A stretch of DNA of 64,000 nt from an uncultured archaeon (GCA_963782915.1 CAWALK010000020.1:160001-224000); one strand, 5' to 3'; positions 12,398 through 23,965 are shown, numbered from the stretch's first letter. Numbers and translations: made by a program. Notes: generated by a model from the sequence alone, not told the origin.

Positions 12398-12600
12398 TTG
12401 TTTTTTCTACAGTGTGTTGTTGCTAAGAATCCCCTATACACAACAACAACCAATCGATTGTGCTGAGAATTGCTTTTGGCGTTTAGCGTCTGGTTTATGT
12501 TGCAGGCTGGTTGTGGAGCAAACCGTAAGCCGATACGAAAACCGAACAAAAAAACATGCGCTTTACTGCTTTGCCGAAGGCCCCTATCCCCTATAAAAGG
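12398..12600 (+). repeat. Dispersed intergenic repeat, copy R2
   Basis: 12431-12452 is identical to revcomp 26267-26288, and 12499-12516 to revcomp 26200-26217. Tail TGCTTTGCCGA..CCCCTATCCCCTATA resembles R3/R6/R7. Confidence 0.8.
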
Positions 12601-12611
12601 GAAAAAGGGTT

Positions 12612-13474
12612 TTATGCTGTTTGCATCGGCATCTCTTGCTGCCGAGCCGTCATCTCACCCTTAATAAAAGCCAAAATATCCTGATTGATCTGCTGCTTAT
12701 GCGTCGTTGGATATGCCATGAGGCGCTCCAGGATAAACCTTCAATGTAGCATTCTTTATGATCTTGGAGGAAAGCATCGCCGGAGTCGGCAAACGGCACA
12801 ATCTGGTCATCGTCGCCATGAATAATCAACGTGGGCACATCAATTTTTTTGAGGTCTTCTGTTTGGTCAGTTTCCGAGAAGGCTTTAATGCATTCGTATG
12901 CCGCCTGGAAACCGCCATCATGCCTTGATGCCAGAAGTTGTCGCGTACGCCTTCGGAGACTTTTGCGCCGGGCCGGTTGTAGCCATAGAATTGCATGGAG
13001 AGGTCTTTGAAGAATTGTGATCGGTCCGCGATGATGGCTTCTCGGAGTTGGTTAAAGGCTTCGATGGGTAACCCGCCGGGGTTAGCTGGGGTTTTTAGCA
13101 TCAAAGGCGGAATCGCGCTGATCAGAATAACTTTTGAAACCCGCTTGGTGCCATGCCTTGCGATGTAGCGGACCACTTCGCCGCCCCCAGTCGAGTGGCC
13201 AACAAGAATGGCGTCTTTGGCAAAAGTTTTCTCGATTAAATCGTTCAAGTCGTCAGCGTATTGGTCCATATTGTTGCCGGTCCAAGGCTGGCTTGAGCGC
13301 CCATGCCCACGGCGGTCATGCGCAATACAGCGATACCCCCGCTGCGCCAAATAGAACATTTGGTCCTCCCAAGCGTCTGAATTCAGCGGCCAACCGTGAC
13401 TAAAAACGATTGGTTGACCATTCGCCCCATTCTTTATAGAATAATTCTGCTCCATTTACGATTAATTTTGCCAT
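12612..13474 (-). CDS. Non-heme chloroperoxidase-like alpha/beta hydrolase (several frameshifts; possibly a pseudogene)
   Basis: [22 protein letters not shown] nucleophile elbow, [14 protein letters not shown]. Confidence 0.85.
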
Positions 13475-13492
13475 AAAAAACACCTTATTTCT

Positions 13493-13708
13493 AGTTGAAC
13501 GATGGTTGGTGCGGAATTTTAGATTATGTAGCTTCAAAATGTAATTACAAAGCTGTGCTGTTAGTCATCCTGCAAACAATGGGTAACCTTTCGTCTCAGC
13601 GTCTGCGTCCCTCATTATATAGCGCTCTAAAAGGTGCCATGACAGAAGCACTGTTGCTTTGCCGACCTACCCCCTCCCCTATATATAGATTCAACGGCAG
13701 GTTCAACT
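13493..13708 (+). repeat. Dispersed repeat copy R3 with 8-bp terminal inverted repeat (AGTTGAAC...GTTCAACT)
   Basis: 13652-13708 closely matches revcomp of 51381-51437 (TGTTGCTYTGCC..TACCCCCTCCCCYATATATAGATTCAACG..GTTCAACT). Confidence 0.75.
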
Positions 13709-14560
13709 TTTGGTATTAGCCATCTTACGCCACATCACAACCATACCCACCGCCAAAACAGCAACCACCACAACCAACCCAACAATAGCGGCTCTTTCCC
13801 AATCAAGCCCCGTAAGCAGGTTTATTTGGGCATCCTGCGGGGTGGCTGTTGCTGTTGGATTCTGTGTAGGTGGCGCTGTTACGGTTGGGGTTGCTGTTGA
13901 TGATGCTGGCGTAGGTGAAGCTGTTGTTTCGGTAACTGTTACCTCTCCACTGCCGATGGTTAATGTCTGTGTAGGGCTCCAGTTTCCTACTTCACCGGTG
14001 AATCTGTAAACAGTCATTTCACCGCCAATTGGACTTGGACCCTGATAAGTTATGTCATCGTGTCCAATGAGTGCCTGCACTTGCACGTCTAAAGTGCCGC
14101 CGTTAAAAATCTGTCCTATTTGCCAATAGGGCAGAGTAACGATAGTATTGCCGGACTGTGAAGCTATGGCGTAGCTCCATCCATGCGATTTACTATCTTG
14201 GGGGTCTACTGGATAGTACTTCCACTCATTTTCGTAATGCCCCTTGAATCGGACATTGTAGTATAGTTTTGTCCAGTTGCCACTGGTATCCAAAGTTGAA
14301 GAAAACTGCGAAGTTTTAATTTCTGTAAAAATGGTTTTGTTGTATCCAGTGTATCCTTCCTGCTCAATCACTGTTTGCCCAGTATAGGGGTCTGTTTTGT
14401 ATGTTGGCTCTACGTTGTAGGCGTCAATGGAATACTTTACTGAGAATTCTGGTACTGGGGGTATCGGAGCTGAAGCGGATGCAGTTTGAACCATAATTAG
14501 ACTTGAAACTGCTAGGGCAAGGATAAACGCTATTGAGCAGACCTTACGCATGTTGGTCAT
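13703..14560 (-). CDS. Secreted, C-terminally anchored protein (TDPYTG family)
   Basis: Signal peptide, PPVPEFS, TDPYTG, LYYNVRFKGHYE, Thr/Pro linker, TM with basic tail. ATG 14560 overlaps the upstream TGA. Confidence 0.85.
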   Translation of the reverse strand: MTNMRKVCSIAFILALAVSSLIMVQTASASAPIPPVPEFSVKYSIDAYNVEPTYKTDPYTGQTVIEQEGYTGYNKTIFTEIKTSQFSSTLDTSGNWTKLYYNVRFKGHYENEWKYYPVDPQDSKSHGWSYAIASQSGNTIVTLPYWQIGQIFNGGTLDVQVQALIGHDDITYQGPSPIGGEMTVYRFTGEVGNWSPTQTLTIGSGEVTVTETTASPTPASSTATPTVTAPPTQNPTATATPQDAQINLLTGLDWERAAIVGLVVVVAVLAVGMVVMWRKMANTKS

Positions 14561-15468
14561 ATTTTTCTTCTCCGTAAGAGCACAAGTGCAACGGCTAAAG
14601 CAGCAATTACACTGCATGCCACTGCAAGGGCGATATCTTTCCAAGCGAACCCTGATAGGACGTCAGTTTGTGTGTTGGGTTGGATGGGTGTTTGTGTGGG
14701 GTTCTGTGTAGGTTCAGCTGTAGGACTAGCGGTTGGTGTGGGCTGGATTGGCGAGGATGAAGGTGAAGCTGATGATTGGCTGATTGTGACTTCGCCGCTA
14801 CCAACGGTTATTGTTTTGGTGTTGCTCAACTCGCTGCATTCGCCGGTAAAAATATAGTAGTGAAGAACATCGCCCAGTTGGGAGGATGGAAGACCAATCC
14901 ACGTCTCGTTGATGCGTGTGGAGTAGCCGATGATTGCTTGAACCCTAAAATCCACTCGCCCGCCAATCGAAACGTTGCCGAGGGCATGGCTATATTTGTA
15001 TGTGATATCCGTACCGTTGTTTCCAGCTAAACTATATGCTATAACAGTATTCTCTGATTCAGAACTAGGAACACAGTAGCCAGTAGGGTATGAATCATAG
15101 ATTTTCCTATTTATGGCACCGCTATCCCAGTTTTCGATGTCCCAACTTTCAAAATGCCCTTTAAAGACAATGCGATAGTAAAGCCAAACAAGAGAGCCAT
15201 TTTCGTTGCGGTAGGAAGTGTAGGGTTGGTTTTTAATAATAACTTCAACTGAACTGTTCTGTACATGGTACCCAGCTTGTGTTATTACTGTTTTTCCTGT
15301 ATACGGGTCTGTATCATAGATTGCTGGGACATCATAGGAGTTGTCAACGTATCTTACGGTGAATTCTGGCACTGAAGGTTTAGGGACTGAGGCACATGCA
15401 GATTGAACCATAATTATGCTTGATGCTGTGAGGATTAGTATGAGTGCTAACGTGATTGTTCTGCTCAT
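14557..15468 (-). CDS. Secreted, C-terminally anchored protein (TDPYTG family)
   Basis: Signal peptide, PKPSVPEFT, TDPYTG, IKNQPY, FKGHFE, DFRVQA, linker, TM + RRRK. Confidence 0.87.
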   Translation of the reverse strand: MSRTITLALILILTASSIIMVQSACASVPKPSVPEFTVRYVDNSYDVPAIYDTDPYTGKTVITQAGYHVQNSSVEVIIKNQPYTSYRNENGSLVWLYYRIVFKGHFESWDIENWDSGAINRKIYDSYPTGYCVPSSESENTVIAYSLAGNNGTDITYKYSHALGNVSIGGRVDFRVQAIIGYSTRINETWIGLPSSQLGDVLHYYIFTGECSELSNTKTITVGSGEVTISQSSASPSSSPIQPTPTASPTAEPTQNPTQTPIQPNTQTDVLSGFAWKDIALAVACSVIAALAVALVLLRRRKI

Positions 15469-15595
15469 GTCGGTCTCTACTTGATTGTTGGTTTGGGTTT
15501 TGCATTAAAGGGTTCTTGTACAGGTTCCTTGACAAAGCTTAGTCCACAAACGTTGACAAAAACGCTTTTAACAAAACTTAACTCAAACTTAAACC

Positions 15596-17029
15596 ATGAA
15601 AGGCCAACGTGAATATACTGCTGTTCTTCTCACCATCTGCATAGCTGCCTTTTGCTTTACTGCACCAGTTACACTGGCAACGGCTCAAACGGTAAACCCC
15701 ACGAACGTAGGCGCTCAAACCACGCCACCCAGTTCTCCTGTTAATATCCTATGGAACACCACTATCCCATGGAACTTGGCAGATTCGCCTGCCAGCAGCC
15801 TAACGCAAGAGCAGATTCTCGGAAAGGACAGAATCTGGACAAAACCAGTAATCGCAGATGGAGTTGTATATGCAGGGCTCACTTCTATTGTCCACTATGG
15901 CAGGTATAATGGACCTGAAATAAGATGGGTCAATATCTACGCATTCGACGCCAAAAGTGGTCGCCAACTGTGGAGCTACCAAGCCAACTTCTATGAAGTT
16001 ACCAGCATAGCATTCTCAGAGGCAAGAGTCTGCTTTGGTTTACGATCAGGCTTTATCGAATACGCTGATTCAGTATCAGGTTTGTACGCTTTAGATGCAT
16101 CTAGCGGTGATTTGCTATGGAAAACCCCTTGCACCATTTTCTACTCAACCCCCGTTGCCCAAGACGGCAAAATCTTCTTAAACAGCTATCATTCGCTACT
16201 TGCCTTTGACAACACAGACGGCAGCATCCTTTGGAACTACACAACCAACGACTTTATTGGCAATGCGCCAGTGGTTTCCAACAACATAGTGTATGTATCG
16301 TCAAACGATCACACTTTTTATGCCCTAAAATCTGAGGACGGCACAAAGGCATGGAGCATCACCAACGACATGGGATTCTCAGAAGCCACCGTAGCCGACG
16401 GCGTGCTCTATCTACCATCAGATGACGGAAACATTTACACTCTCAACGCAGAAACAGGCGCAAAACTGAGGAGCTACCACACCACTTCCCCAGACTTTAA
16501 CTGGGCAAACTATACCTCACATTCAACCCCAATTTATCACGACGGCGTTCTGTACTTCTCAAGTCACTCAGGCCAGCATATCCACATCCAAAAGGACGGT
16601 CAACCAGACTTCTGTTATATGGCCGACAGGTACTCTGTCCTCGCCCTGGACGCTGGTAACGCAAATCAACTTTGGAACTTCACCGTCGACACTGACTTAT
16701 CGGGTTCACCTGTTTTGGTTGTCGATGGAACTGTATTTGCTGACAGCATCAGGGGTATCTTGGGTTATGACGCTGGAACAGGCGCTTTGGTCTGGAACTA
16801 TACAAATGGTGGTTCCTATGCTCAAACACCTCCAGTTATGGGCAACGGTGTTCTCTACTTGGGATTTGGAGACGGGCAAATCTGCGCTTTGGAAACTCCG
16901 AATGTGGAACATTCAAATGTAACCGAAGTAAGCAGCCAAGCGGTGGATTTAACCCCCTTAGCAGTCGTAGTGTTTGCGCTTTCCGCAACTCAGTCGCCGG
17001 GTTGCTTTTCCACCGAGGCAAACGTCTAA
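15596..17029 (+). CDS. PQQ-like beta-propeller repeat surface protein
   Basis: Signal peptide, repeated (L/Y)ALDAxxGxxLW motifs, C-terminal hydrophobic segment (3' end may be frameshifted). Confidence 0.85.
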   Translation: MKGQREYTAVLLTICIAAFCFTAPVTLATAQTVNPTNVGAQTTPPSSPVNILWNTTIPWNLADSPASSLTQEQILGKDRIWTKPVIADGVVYAGLTSIVHYGRYNGPEIRWVNIYAFDAKSGRQLWSYQANFYEVTSIAFSEARVCFGLRSGFIEYADSVSGLYALDASSGDLLWKTPCTIFYSTPVAQDGKIFLNSYHSLLAFDNTDGSILWNYTTNDFIGNAPVVSNNIVYVSSNDHTFYALKSEDGTKAWSITNDMGFSEATVADGVLYLPSDDGNIYTLNAETGAKLRSYHTTSPDFNWANYTSHSTPIYHDGVLYFSSHSGQHIHIQKDGQPDFCYMADRYSVLALDAGNANQLWNFTVDTDLSGSPVLVVDGTVFADSIRGILGYDAGTGALVWNYTNGGSYAQTPPVMGNGVLYLGFGDGQICALETPNVEHSNVTEVSSQAVDLTPLAVVVFALSATQSPGCFSTEANV

Positions 17030-17306
17030 CGCCAGACAAGTGAAAATTTTGCGGCTTGCCAGGTAATTTCTGACTCGTCACCCAACTGCATGACACCACA
17101 ATCTTTTTATTTGCACAGCGCTTACGTTTAAAACTAAAGTGGAGTTTAAAAGAGGCATGAACATGAGGGATCGTCACCTCCATAGCTGGGATCGACGGGT
17201 ATACGTCTTCTAATTCACCCAGGTTACCCTCTAAAGCCGCCACAATATTCTCGCAAACAATTTTTCGCTCAGACGAAAGTATATTCGACCAAATCTACAG
17301 GAGACC

Positions 17307-19023
17307 ATGTTTGATATGACTAAAATGAGCGGTGCTCAGGCACTACTAGAATCCCTTGAAAGACAAAAAGTGGATACAATCTTTGGCATCTTAGGCGGAG
17401 CTATTCTCCCGGTATACGATGCACTCTGCGGCAACACAAAAATCCGCCATATCCTCGCTCGACATGAGCAGTGTGCAGCACACGAAGCCGAAGGCTACGC
17501 TAAAGCAGGCGGAAGAGTCGGCGTTTGCATGGCTACATCCGGCCCCGGAGCCACCAACCTAGTAACGGGCATAGCGGACGCTTACATGGACTCCGTGCCC
17601 ATAGTTGCCCTAACAGGTCAAGTGCCGTCTTCAGGCGTCAACACATCCTACATGATTGGAAAAGACGCATTCCAAGAAGCAGACATCATCGGCATCGTCA
17701 CCGCAGTCACCAAATACAGTTACCAACCCAGAAACATCACTGAAATCCCAAGCATGGTCAACAACGCTTTCTATCTGGCAAGCAGCGGCAGACCCGGCCC
17801 AGTCCTAATTGACCTACCCAAAAACATCCAATCGGGAATCGCAGACGTGGAATTCTCCAACAAAATCAGCTTAAGAGGCTACAAACTAATCACTGAACCC
17901 GAACTATCCAAGATCAGTCAAGCCTCCGATTTGCTCGCAAAGGCTGAGAGGCCAATTATTCTGGCGGGCGGCGGAGTCATAACTTCAGGTGCATCCGACG
18001 AAATAGTGCAGATGTCAGATTTACTGATGGCGCCCGTTGCAACCACGTTTATGGGCAAAGGCGCATTCCCCGAAGTTCACCCATTATCTTTGGGCAGTAT
18101 AGGTATGCATGGTAACCCAGCTGCAAACAGGTTGATGGGCGAAGCAGATGTGCTCTTAGCAGTCGGAACCAGATTCAGTGACCGCGCAACCGCCAACTTG
18201 GATTCGTTTGCTCCCAACGCCAAAATAATCCACATCGAAATCGACAACGCAGAAATCAACAAGAACATAGAAGTCGATGTCCCAATCGTTGCAGACGCCA
18301 AAAAAACCCTAAAAATGCTCTTAGCAGCAACGAATAAGAAGCTGCAGAAGGGCGAAGGCACTGCATGGACTAAACGGGTTAAAGAAGCCAAAGAACAACT
18401 AAGCCCCCTACTAAAGGATCTGCCCACGGGACGTTGTTCCAAAACACTTACTAGCAGCACTACGCGAGTTGCTGCCTGAAAACGGCATCGTCACCACAGA
18501 AGTCGGCCAAAACCAAATGTGGAGCGCCCTATACTTCAAAGCCCTAAAACCCCGCACCTTCATCAGTTCAGGTGGGCTTGGAACCATGGGCTTCGGTTTC
18601 CCAGCAGCCATCGGAGCCAAAGTCGCATGCCCCAACCGACCCGTCGTGGACATCGCAGGCGACGGCAGCTTCATCATGAGCGAACAGGAATTAGCTTGCA
18701 GCGTCGAAGAAAACATCCCAGTCACAGTCATCGTCCTAAACAACCGCATATTGGGCATGGTGGCGCAGTGGCAACGCACACTCTACAACCGCCGCTACAA
18801 CGCAGTCAACTTAGGAAAAACACCTGACTTCGTCAAACTAGCAGAAGCATACGGAGCACAGGGCATTCGCGCAAACAGCATGGAAGAATTCCAAAAAGCA
18901 GTTAAGCAGGCGCTAACCAGTAAGGTTACAACAGTAATCGACGTTCCCATCGGTTCAGAGACGGATGTGGTTCCGTTTGTGCCGCCGGGCTGTGGATTAC
19001 CACAACAGAAGGGGGATTATTAA
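17307..19023 (+). CDS. ilvB: Acetolactate synthase large subunit (frameshift ~18425-18470)
   Basis: RHEQCAAH, TSGPGATN, EVGQNQMW, GLGTMGFG, GDGS...NN TPP-binding motif. Confidence 0.95.
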
Positions 19024-19535
19024 TGGAAGCAGGAAAAACCAAAGTTATATCCGTCCTAGTCGAAAACAAACCCGGTGTCCTACACATGATCGCCAACCTG
19101 TTCAGGCGCCGAAACTTTAACATCGAATCTATCACCGTCGGACCCACCGAACAAAAAGACATCGCACGCATGACCATAACAGTCAACGAAGACGAAAAAA
19201 CCGTAGACCAAGTCATAAAGCAAGTCGCCAAACAAATCGATGTCCTAAAAGTCGGCGAATTAGAACGAGGCAACTTTGTCATGCGCGAACTAGCGCTGGT
19301 AAAAGTCGCAGTTAAGGACTCAAAAGAACGCAGCGACATCATTAACTTCGTCGAAGTCTTCCGCGGTAGAATAATCGATGTCTCCACTGACAGTATAACA
19401 GTTGAAATCACAGGTGGCCCCGATAAAATCGATGCTTTCATGAACCTAATGAAAACCTTCGGTATTATCGAACTTGCAAGAACCGGCATAACAGCCTTAG
19501 CCCGAGGAGCAAAATCAATAAGAATCGACCAATAA
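19023..19535 (+). CDS. ilvN: Acetolactate synthase small subunit
   Basis: VENKPGVL, RRNFNIESI, ARTG. Confidence 0.95.
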   Translation: MEAGKTKVISVLVENKPGVLHMIANLFRRRNFNIESITVGPTEQKDIARMTITVNEDEKTVDQVIKQVAKQIDVLKVGELERGNFVMRELALVKVAVKDSKERSDIINFVEVFRGRIIDVSTDSITVEITGGPDKIDAFMNLMKTFGIIELARTGITALARGAKSIRIDQ

Positions 19536-19632
19536 ACGGCTCGGACATAGCGGAAATACTTAATTGCCTCTTCTTTAGAATTTTGCCCTAATCATAGGTC
19601 TAACTGGATTAATAACAGGAAAAGATGCAACA

Positions 19633-20902
19633 ATGAACATTACCGAAAAAATCTTGGCTAAAGCATCCGGCAAAAAAGCCGTGCATCCAGGCGAAATCGT
19701 CGACGCAAACGTCGACATGGTCATGATACATGACTTAACTGGACCTTTAGCAGTTGAAGCCTTCAAAAAAATAGGCACCCCCAAAGTATGGGATAACAAA
19801 AAAGTAGTGGTAATTCTGGACCATCAGGTTCCAGCAGAATCAGTTAAGGCAGCGGAGCTTCATAAAACCATGAGGCAATTCGCTAAAGACCAAAACCTCC
19901 AAATCTACGATGTAGGCAGAGGCGGCATCTGTCACCAAGTCATGCCCGACAAAGGCCATGTAGTTCCGGGAGCAGTCATCGTTGGCGCAGACAGCCACAC
20001 CTGTACATATGGCGCATTCGGCGCATTCGCCACCGGCATCGGCTCAACAGAAGCAGCCGCAGTTATGGCAACCGGCAAAATCTGGTTCAAAATCCCAGAA
20101 GCTATCAAAATAACTGTTACAGGCAAATTCAAACCATACGTTACACCCAAAGACTTAGTCTTAGCCACAACCGGCCAATTGGGCGTAGACGGTGCAATCT
20201 ACAAAAGCTTAGAATTCACTGGCCCAACCATAAAAGAAATGACGGTTTCAGGCCGCATGACCCTGTGCAATATGGCAGTGGAAATGGGCGCCAAAAACGG
20301 TATAGTCGAACCCGACGAAACCACCAGCAAATACTTAGAGGGCAAAATCAAAAAAATGCCCAACCTAGACGCACTAAAAAGCGACTCAGACGCAGCAATA
20401 CAGCCAAACAGTAGAAATCGACGTCTCCAACATGGAACCCCAAGTCGCTTGTCCCTCATCAGTTGACAACGTTAAACCAGTCAGCAAAGTCGGCAACGTC
20501 AAAATCGACCAAGCCTTCATCGGATCCTGCACCAACGGCAGATTAGAAGACCTGCAGTTAGCTGCAAAAATCATGAAAGGCAAAAAAGTCGCCGACGGCG
20601 TTCGCGCATTAGTAATTCCTGCCTCTCAGGAAATCTATCAGCAAGCCGATAAAGAGGGTTTGCTGCAGATTTTCACGGAAGCAGGCGCAATCGTCTGCGG
20701 TTCAGCTTGCGGACCCTGCTTAGGAGGCCACATCGGCTTATTAGCAGCAGGCGAAACCTGTATCTCAACATCAAACCGCAACTTTATCGGCAGAATGGGC
20801 AGCACCCAAGCCAACGTCTACTTAGCGTCTCCTGCAACTGTTGCAGCATCTGCCATCGCAGGAAAAATCGTTGACCCAACAAAACAGGAGCGAAAAGCAT
20901 GA
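19633..20902 (+). CDS. leuC: 3-isopropylmalate dehydratase large subunit (frameshift ~20400)
   Basis: GADSHTCT, IGSCTNGR, CGPCLG, STSNRNF. Confidence 0.93.
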
Positions 20903-21400
20903 CCATAATCAAAGCTAAAGCAATCAAATTCGGCAACAACATCGACACAGACGTCATCTTACCAGGCAAATACCTAGTTCTGGTCGATCCCTGCGAATTA
21001 GGCAAACACGCACTGGAAAGCTTAGACACTAAATTCGTTGACAAAGCCAAAGCAGGCATAATCATAATCGGCGGCAAAAACTTTGGATGCGGCTCAAGCA
21101 GAGAACAAGCCCCCTTAGCATTGAAGTATGCAGGCGTAAAATGTGTCTTGGCAGAATCGTTTGCCCGCATATTCTACCGCAACAGCATAAACATCGGTTT
21201 ACCCGTCATCGAATGCAAAGGCATCTCCACAGCCGTAAACGAGGGCGACGAAGTCTCAGTCGATTTAGAAGCAGGCAAAATCCAAAACTTAACCAACAAA
21301 CAAACCTTGCAGGGAACCAAAATTGCCCCCATCTATCATGGAAGTCCTGGCAGATGGCGGATTAATTGAGAACTTACGTAAGAGGCTGAACAAAAAGTGA
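20899..21400 (+). CDS. leuD: 3-isopropylmalate dehydratase small subunit (frameshift near the 3' end)
   Basis: NIDTDVI, NFGCGSSREQA, ESFARIFYRN; the alternative frame gives ...DGGLIENLRKRLNKK*. Confidence 0.93.
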
Positions 21401-22428
21401 CTGAATACAAAATATCCCTAATGCCCGGCGACGGCATCGGTCCAGAATTAACAGAAGCAACCCTGAAAGTACTAGATGTGGTTCAGAAGAAATTCGGCAT
21501 AAAACTTGTTATGGTCACAGCTGACGCCGGCGATGCAGTATTTAAGAAGCAGGGTAAAGCCTTGCCAGAGGATAGTCTGCAGAAAATCAGGGACTCCCAA
21601 GCTTGCCTGAAAGGGCCGGTCGGAGAAACCGCCGCTGACGTCATAGTTAAACTACGCCAACTATTCGACTTATACGCAAACATTCGCCCGCTTAAGGCGT
21701 TTCCCAATGTGCCCGTTGCTTCCCCTAACATAGACATGGTTTTTGTCCGCGAAAACACCGAAGACGTCTACAAGGGATTAGAATTCACCATAGGCAACGA
21801 CACCACATTATGCTTACGAGTTATTACCCGCAAAAACTGTGAACGCATAGCCAAAAAAGCGTTCGAAACAGCACGCCTACGCAACGGCAAAAAGAAAGTC
21901 ACAGCTATCCATAAAGCAAACGTTATGCGCGTAACCGACGGCATGTTCAAAGCAATCTGCGCTGAAACCGCAAAACAATACCCCGACATAGCATACAACG
22001 AAATGTACGTTGACTCAGCCTCAATGCACTTAATTCGCAAACCAGACGACTTCGACGTCTTATGCACCTGTAACATGTTCGGCGACATCTTCTCCGACGA
22101 AGCAGCCCAACTAATCGGCGGCTTAGGCATGGCTCCAGGCGCAAACATAGGCGACAACTTCGCATTATTCGAACCCATCCACGGCTGCGCACCAGACATA
22201 GCAGGCAAACACATCGCAAACCCCCTATCCATGATACTCTCAGCCAAAATGATGCTCGAGTGGCTAGGCGAAAAATACAACGATTCTAAATGCTTAAAGG
22301 CAGCCGCCGCAATAGAAAAAGCAGCAGTAAAAACCTTAGCCAGTGGCGTAACCGTTCCGGATTTAGGAGGCAAAGCCACAACGATGCAAATGGCTGAAGC
22401 TATTGCTGCAGCGCTAACAGCAGCTTAA
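21397..22428 (+). CDS. leuB: 3-isopropylmalate dehydrogenase
   Basis: PGDGIGPE, RENTE, NMFGDIFSD, EPIHGCAPDIAG; leu operon context. Confidence 0.9.
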   Translation: MTEYKISLMPGDGIGPELTEATLKVLDVVQKKFGIKLVMVTADAGDAVFKKQGKALPEDSLQKIRDSQACLKGPVGETAADVIVKLRQLFDLYANIRPLKAFPNVPVASPNIDMVFVRENTEDVYKGLEFTIGNDTTLCLRVITRKNCERIAKKAFETARLRNGKKKVTAIHKANVMRVTDGMFKAICAETAKQYPDIAYNEMYVDSASMHLIRKPDDFDVLCTCNMFGDIFSDEAAQLIGGLGMAPGANIGDNFALFEPIHGCAPDIAGKHIANPLSMILSAKMMLEWLGEKYNDSKCLKAAAAIEKAAVKTLASGVTVPDLGGKATTMQMAEAIAAALTAA

Positions 22429-22432
22429 GCTT

Positions 22433-23965
22433 GTGAAAACAATGACAACTCCAAACCCCCGATTTATCAAAATCTTAGATACAACCCTAAGAGATGGGGA
22501 ACAAACCCCCGGTGTTTCTTTAACAGCTGAAGACAAAATTGAGATTGCTCTCCAACTAAACAAATTAGGCGTTGATGTTATCGAGGCTGGGTTTCCAAGC
22601 AGCTCTGAGGGCGAACGTAAGGTTGTTAAAGAAATCGCCAAGTTAGGTTTAACTTCAGAAATCTGCGGTTTATCCCGATGCACAAGAAAGGATATTGATG
22701 CAGCACTCGAGTGCGACGTAGATTTAGTTCATGTTTTCATTCCGACTTCTCCAGTGCAGATGAAGCATGCTGTTAACATGACTCCCGAACAGGTACTGTC
22801 CGCCGCAGTGGACTCAATTGAGTACGTCAAGAAACATGGGGTAAAATGCGAATTCTCACCCATGGATGCAACACGCACCGAAAAGCCGTTCTTGCGGCAA
22901 ATCTGCTTAGCGGCTCAAGATGCAGGCATGGACAGCTTAAACACACCCGACACAGTCGGCTGCATGATACCCAGAACCACTTTTGAATTCTTCAAGGAGC
23001 TAAAAAGCTACATCAAGGTTCCGATCAGCGCTCACTGCCACAACGACTTCGGCTTAGCAGTCGCCAACAGTCTCGCAGCAGTCGAAGCAGGCGCAGACCA
23101 AGTCCACACAGCAGTCAACGGCTTAGGAGAACGGGCAGGCAACGCAGCCCTCGAAGAAGTAGTCACCACCCTGCATGTGGTTTACGGTTACAAGACAAAT
23201 ATTAACACACGCTTACTCTACAGCACAAGCCGTTTGGTCTCTTCATTAAGCGGCGTTTCAGTGCAAGTTAACAAAGCCATAGTCGGCGAGAACGCGTTTG
23301 CACACGAATCAGGCATACACACCCGAGGCGTAACAGAACAACCATTAACCTTCGAACCAATCAGCCCCGAATTAGTCGGGCGCACAAGAAAACTGGTTGC
23401 AGGCAAACTGGCAGGCACCCGAGGCATCCAAGCTGAACTCAGCGAAATAGGCATCCACCCAACAGACATCCAATTATCAGAAATCGTGAAGCGCGTCAAA
23501 GAACTCGGCGACAAAGGCAAAATGGTAACCGACGCAGACCTAATCGCTTTAACCTCAGCAGTCATGGGCGAAGTGATCGGGGAAGAAAAAATCGTTGACC
23601 TCTGCGACATGGCAGTCATCACAGGTATCAAAGTCATCCCAACCGCCTCAGTCCGCTTAATGCTCGACGGCAAAGAATACGTAGCCGCAGAAACAGGCGT
23701 CGGACCAGTCGATGCAGCCCTAAAAGCCATCCAGAAATTAACCAGCAACTTGGAGAAAATCCGCTTAAGCGAATACCGCCTCGAAGCCATCACAGGCGGC
23801 TCCAATGCCGTTGCAGAAGTAGTCATAAAAGTCGAAGACGAAAAAGGCAACATCATCTCAGCACGTGCAGCCAGAGAAGACATCGTCATGGCATCCGTTG
23901 AAGCAATGATAAACGGCATAAACAAGTGCCTCATAAAAAACCGTAGCCAAGGCAAGAAACAATGA
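22433..23965 (+). CDS. leuA: 2-isopropylmalate synthase
   Basis: [27 protein letters not shown], regulatory domain GPVDA; operon context. Confidence 0.88.
   Translation: MKTMTTPNPRFIKILDTTLRDGEQTPGVSLTAEDKIEIALQLNKLGVDVIEAGFPSSSEGERKVVKEIAKLGLTSEICGLSRCTRKDIDAALECDVDLVHVFIPTSPVQMKHAVNMTPEQVLSAAVDSIEYVKKHGVKCEFSPMDATRTEKPFLRQICLAAQDAGMDSLNTPDTVGCMIPRTTFEFFKELKSYIKVPISAHCHNDFGLAVANSLAAVEAGADQVHTAVNGLGERAGNAALEEVVTTLHVVYGYKTNINTRLLYSTSRLVSSLSGVSVQVNKAIVGENAFAHESGIHTRGVTEQPLTFEPISPELVGRTRKLVAGKLAGTRGIQAELSEIGIHPTDIQLSEIVKRVKELGDKGKMVTDADLIALTSAVMGEVIGEEKIVDLCDMAVITGIKVIPTASVRLMLDGKEYVAAETGVGPVDAALKAIQKLTSNLEKIRLSEYRLEAITGGSNAVAEVVIKVEDEKGNIISARAAREDIVMASVEAMINGINKCLIKNRSQGKKQ

Noticed and set aside
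12327-12664. Short ORFs sharing ALLLCR..P.SPI (also 13495-13719) as a peptide family
   Set aside because: The similarity comes from translating the nucleotide repeat; there is no other coding signal.
13493-13708. Integron attC site (GTTNAAC ends)
   Set aside because: Both ends deviate from RYYYAAC...GTTRRRY in the required order, the unit is long and not palindromic, and no integrase or cassette array is present.
23218-23955. Long antisense ORFs opposite leuA and other housekeeping genes
   Set aside because: They are shadows of biased codon usage in real genes on the other strand.
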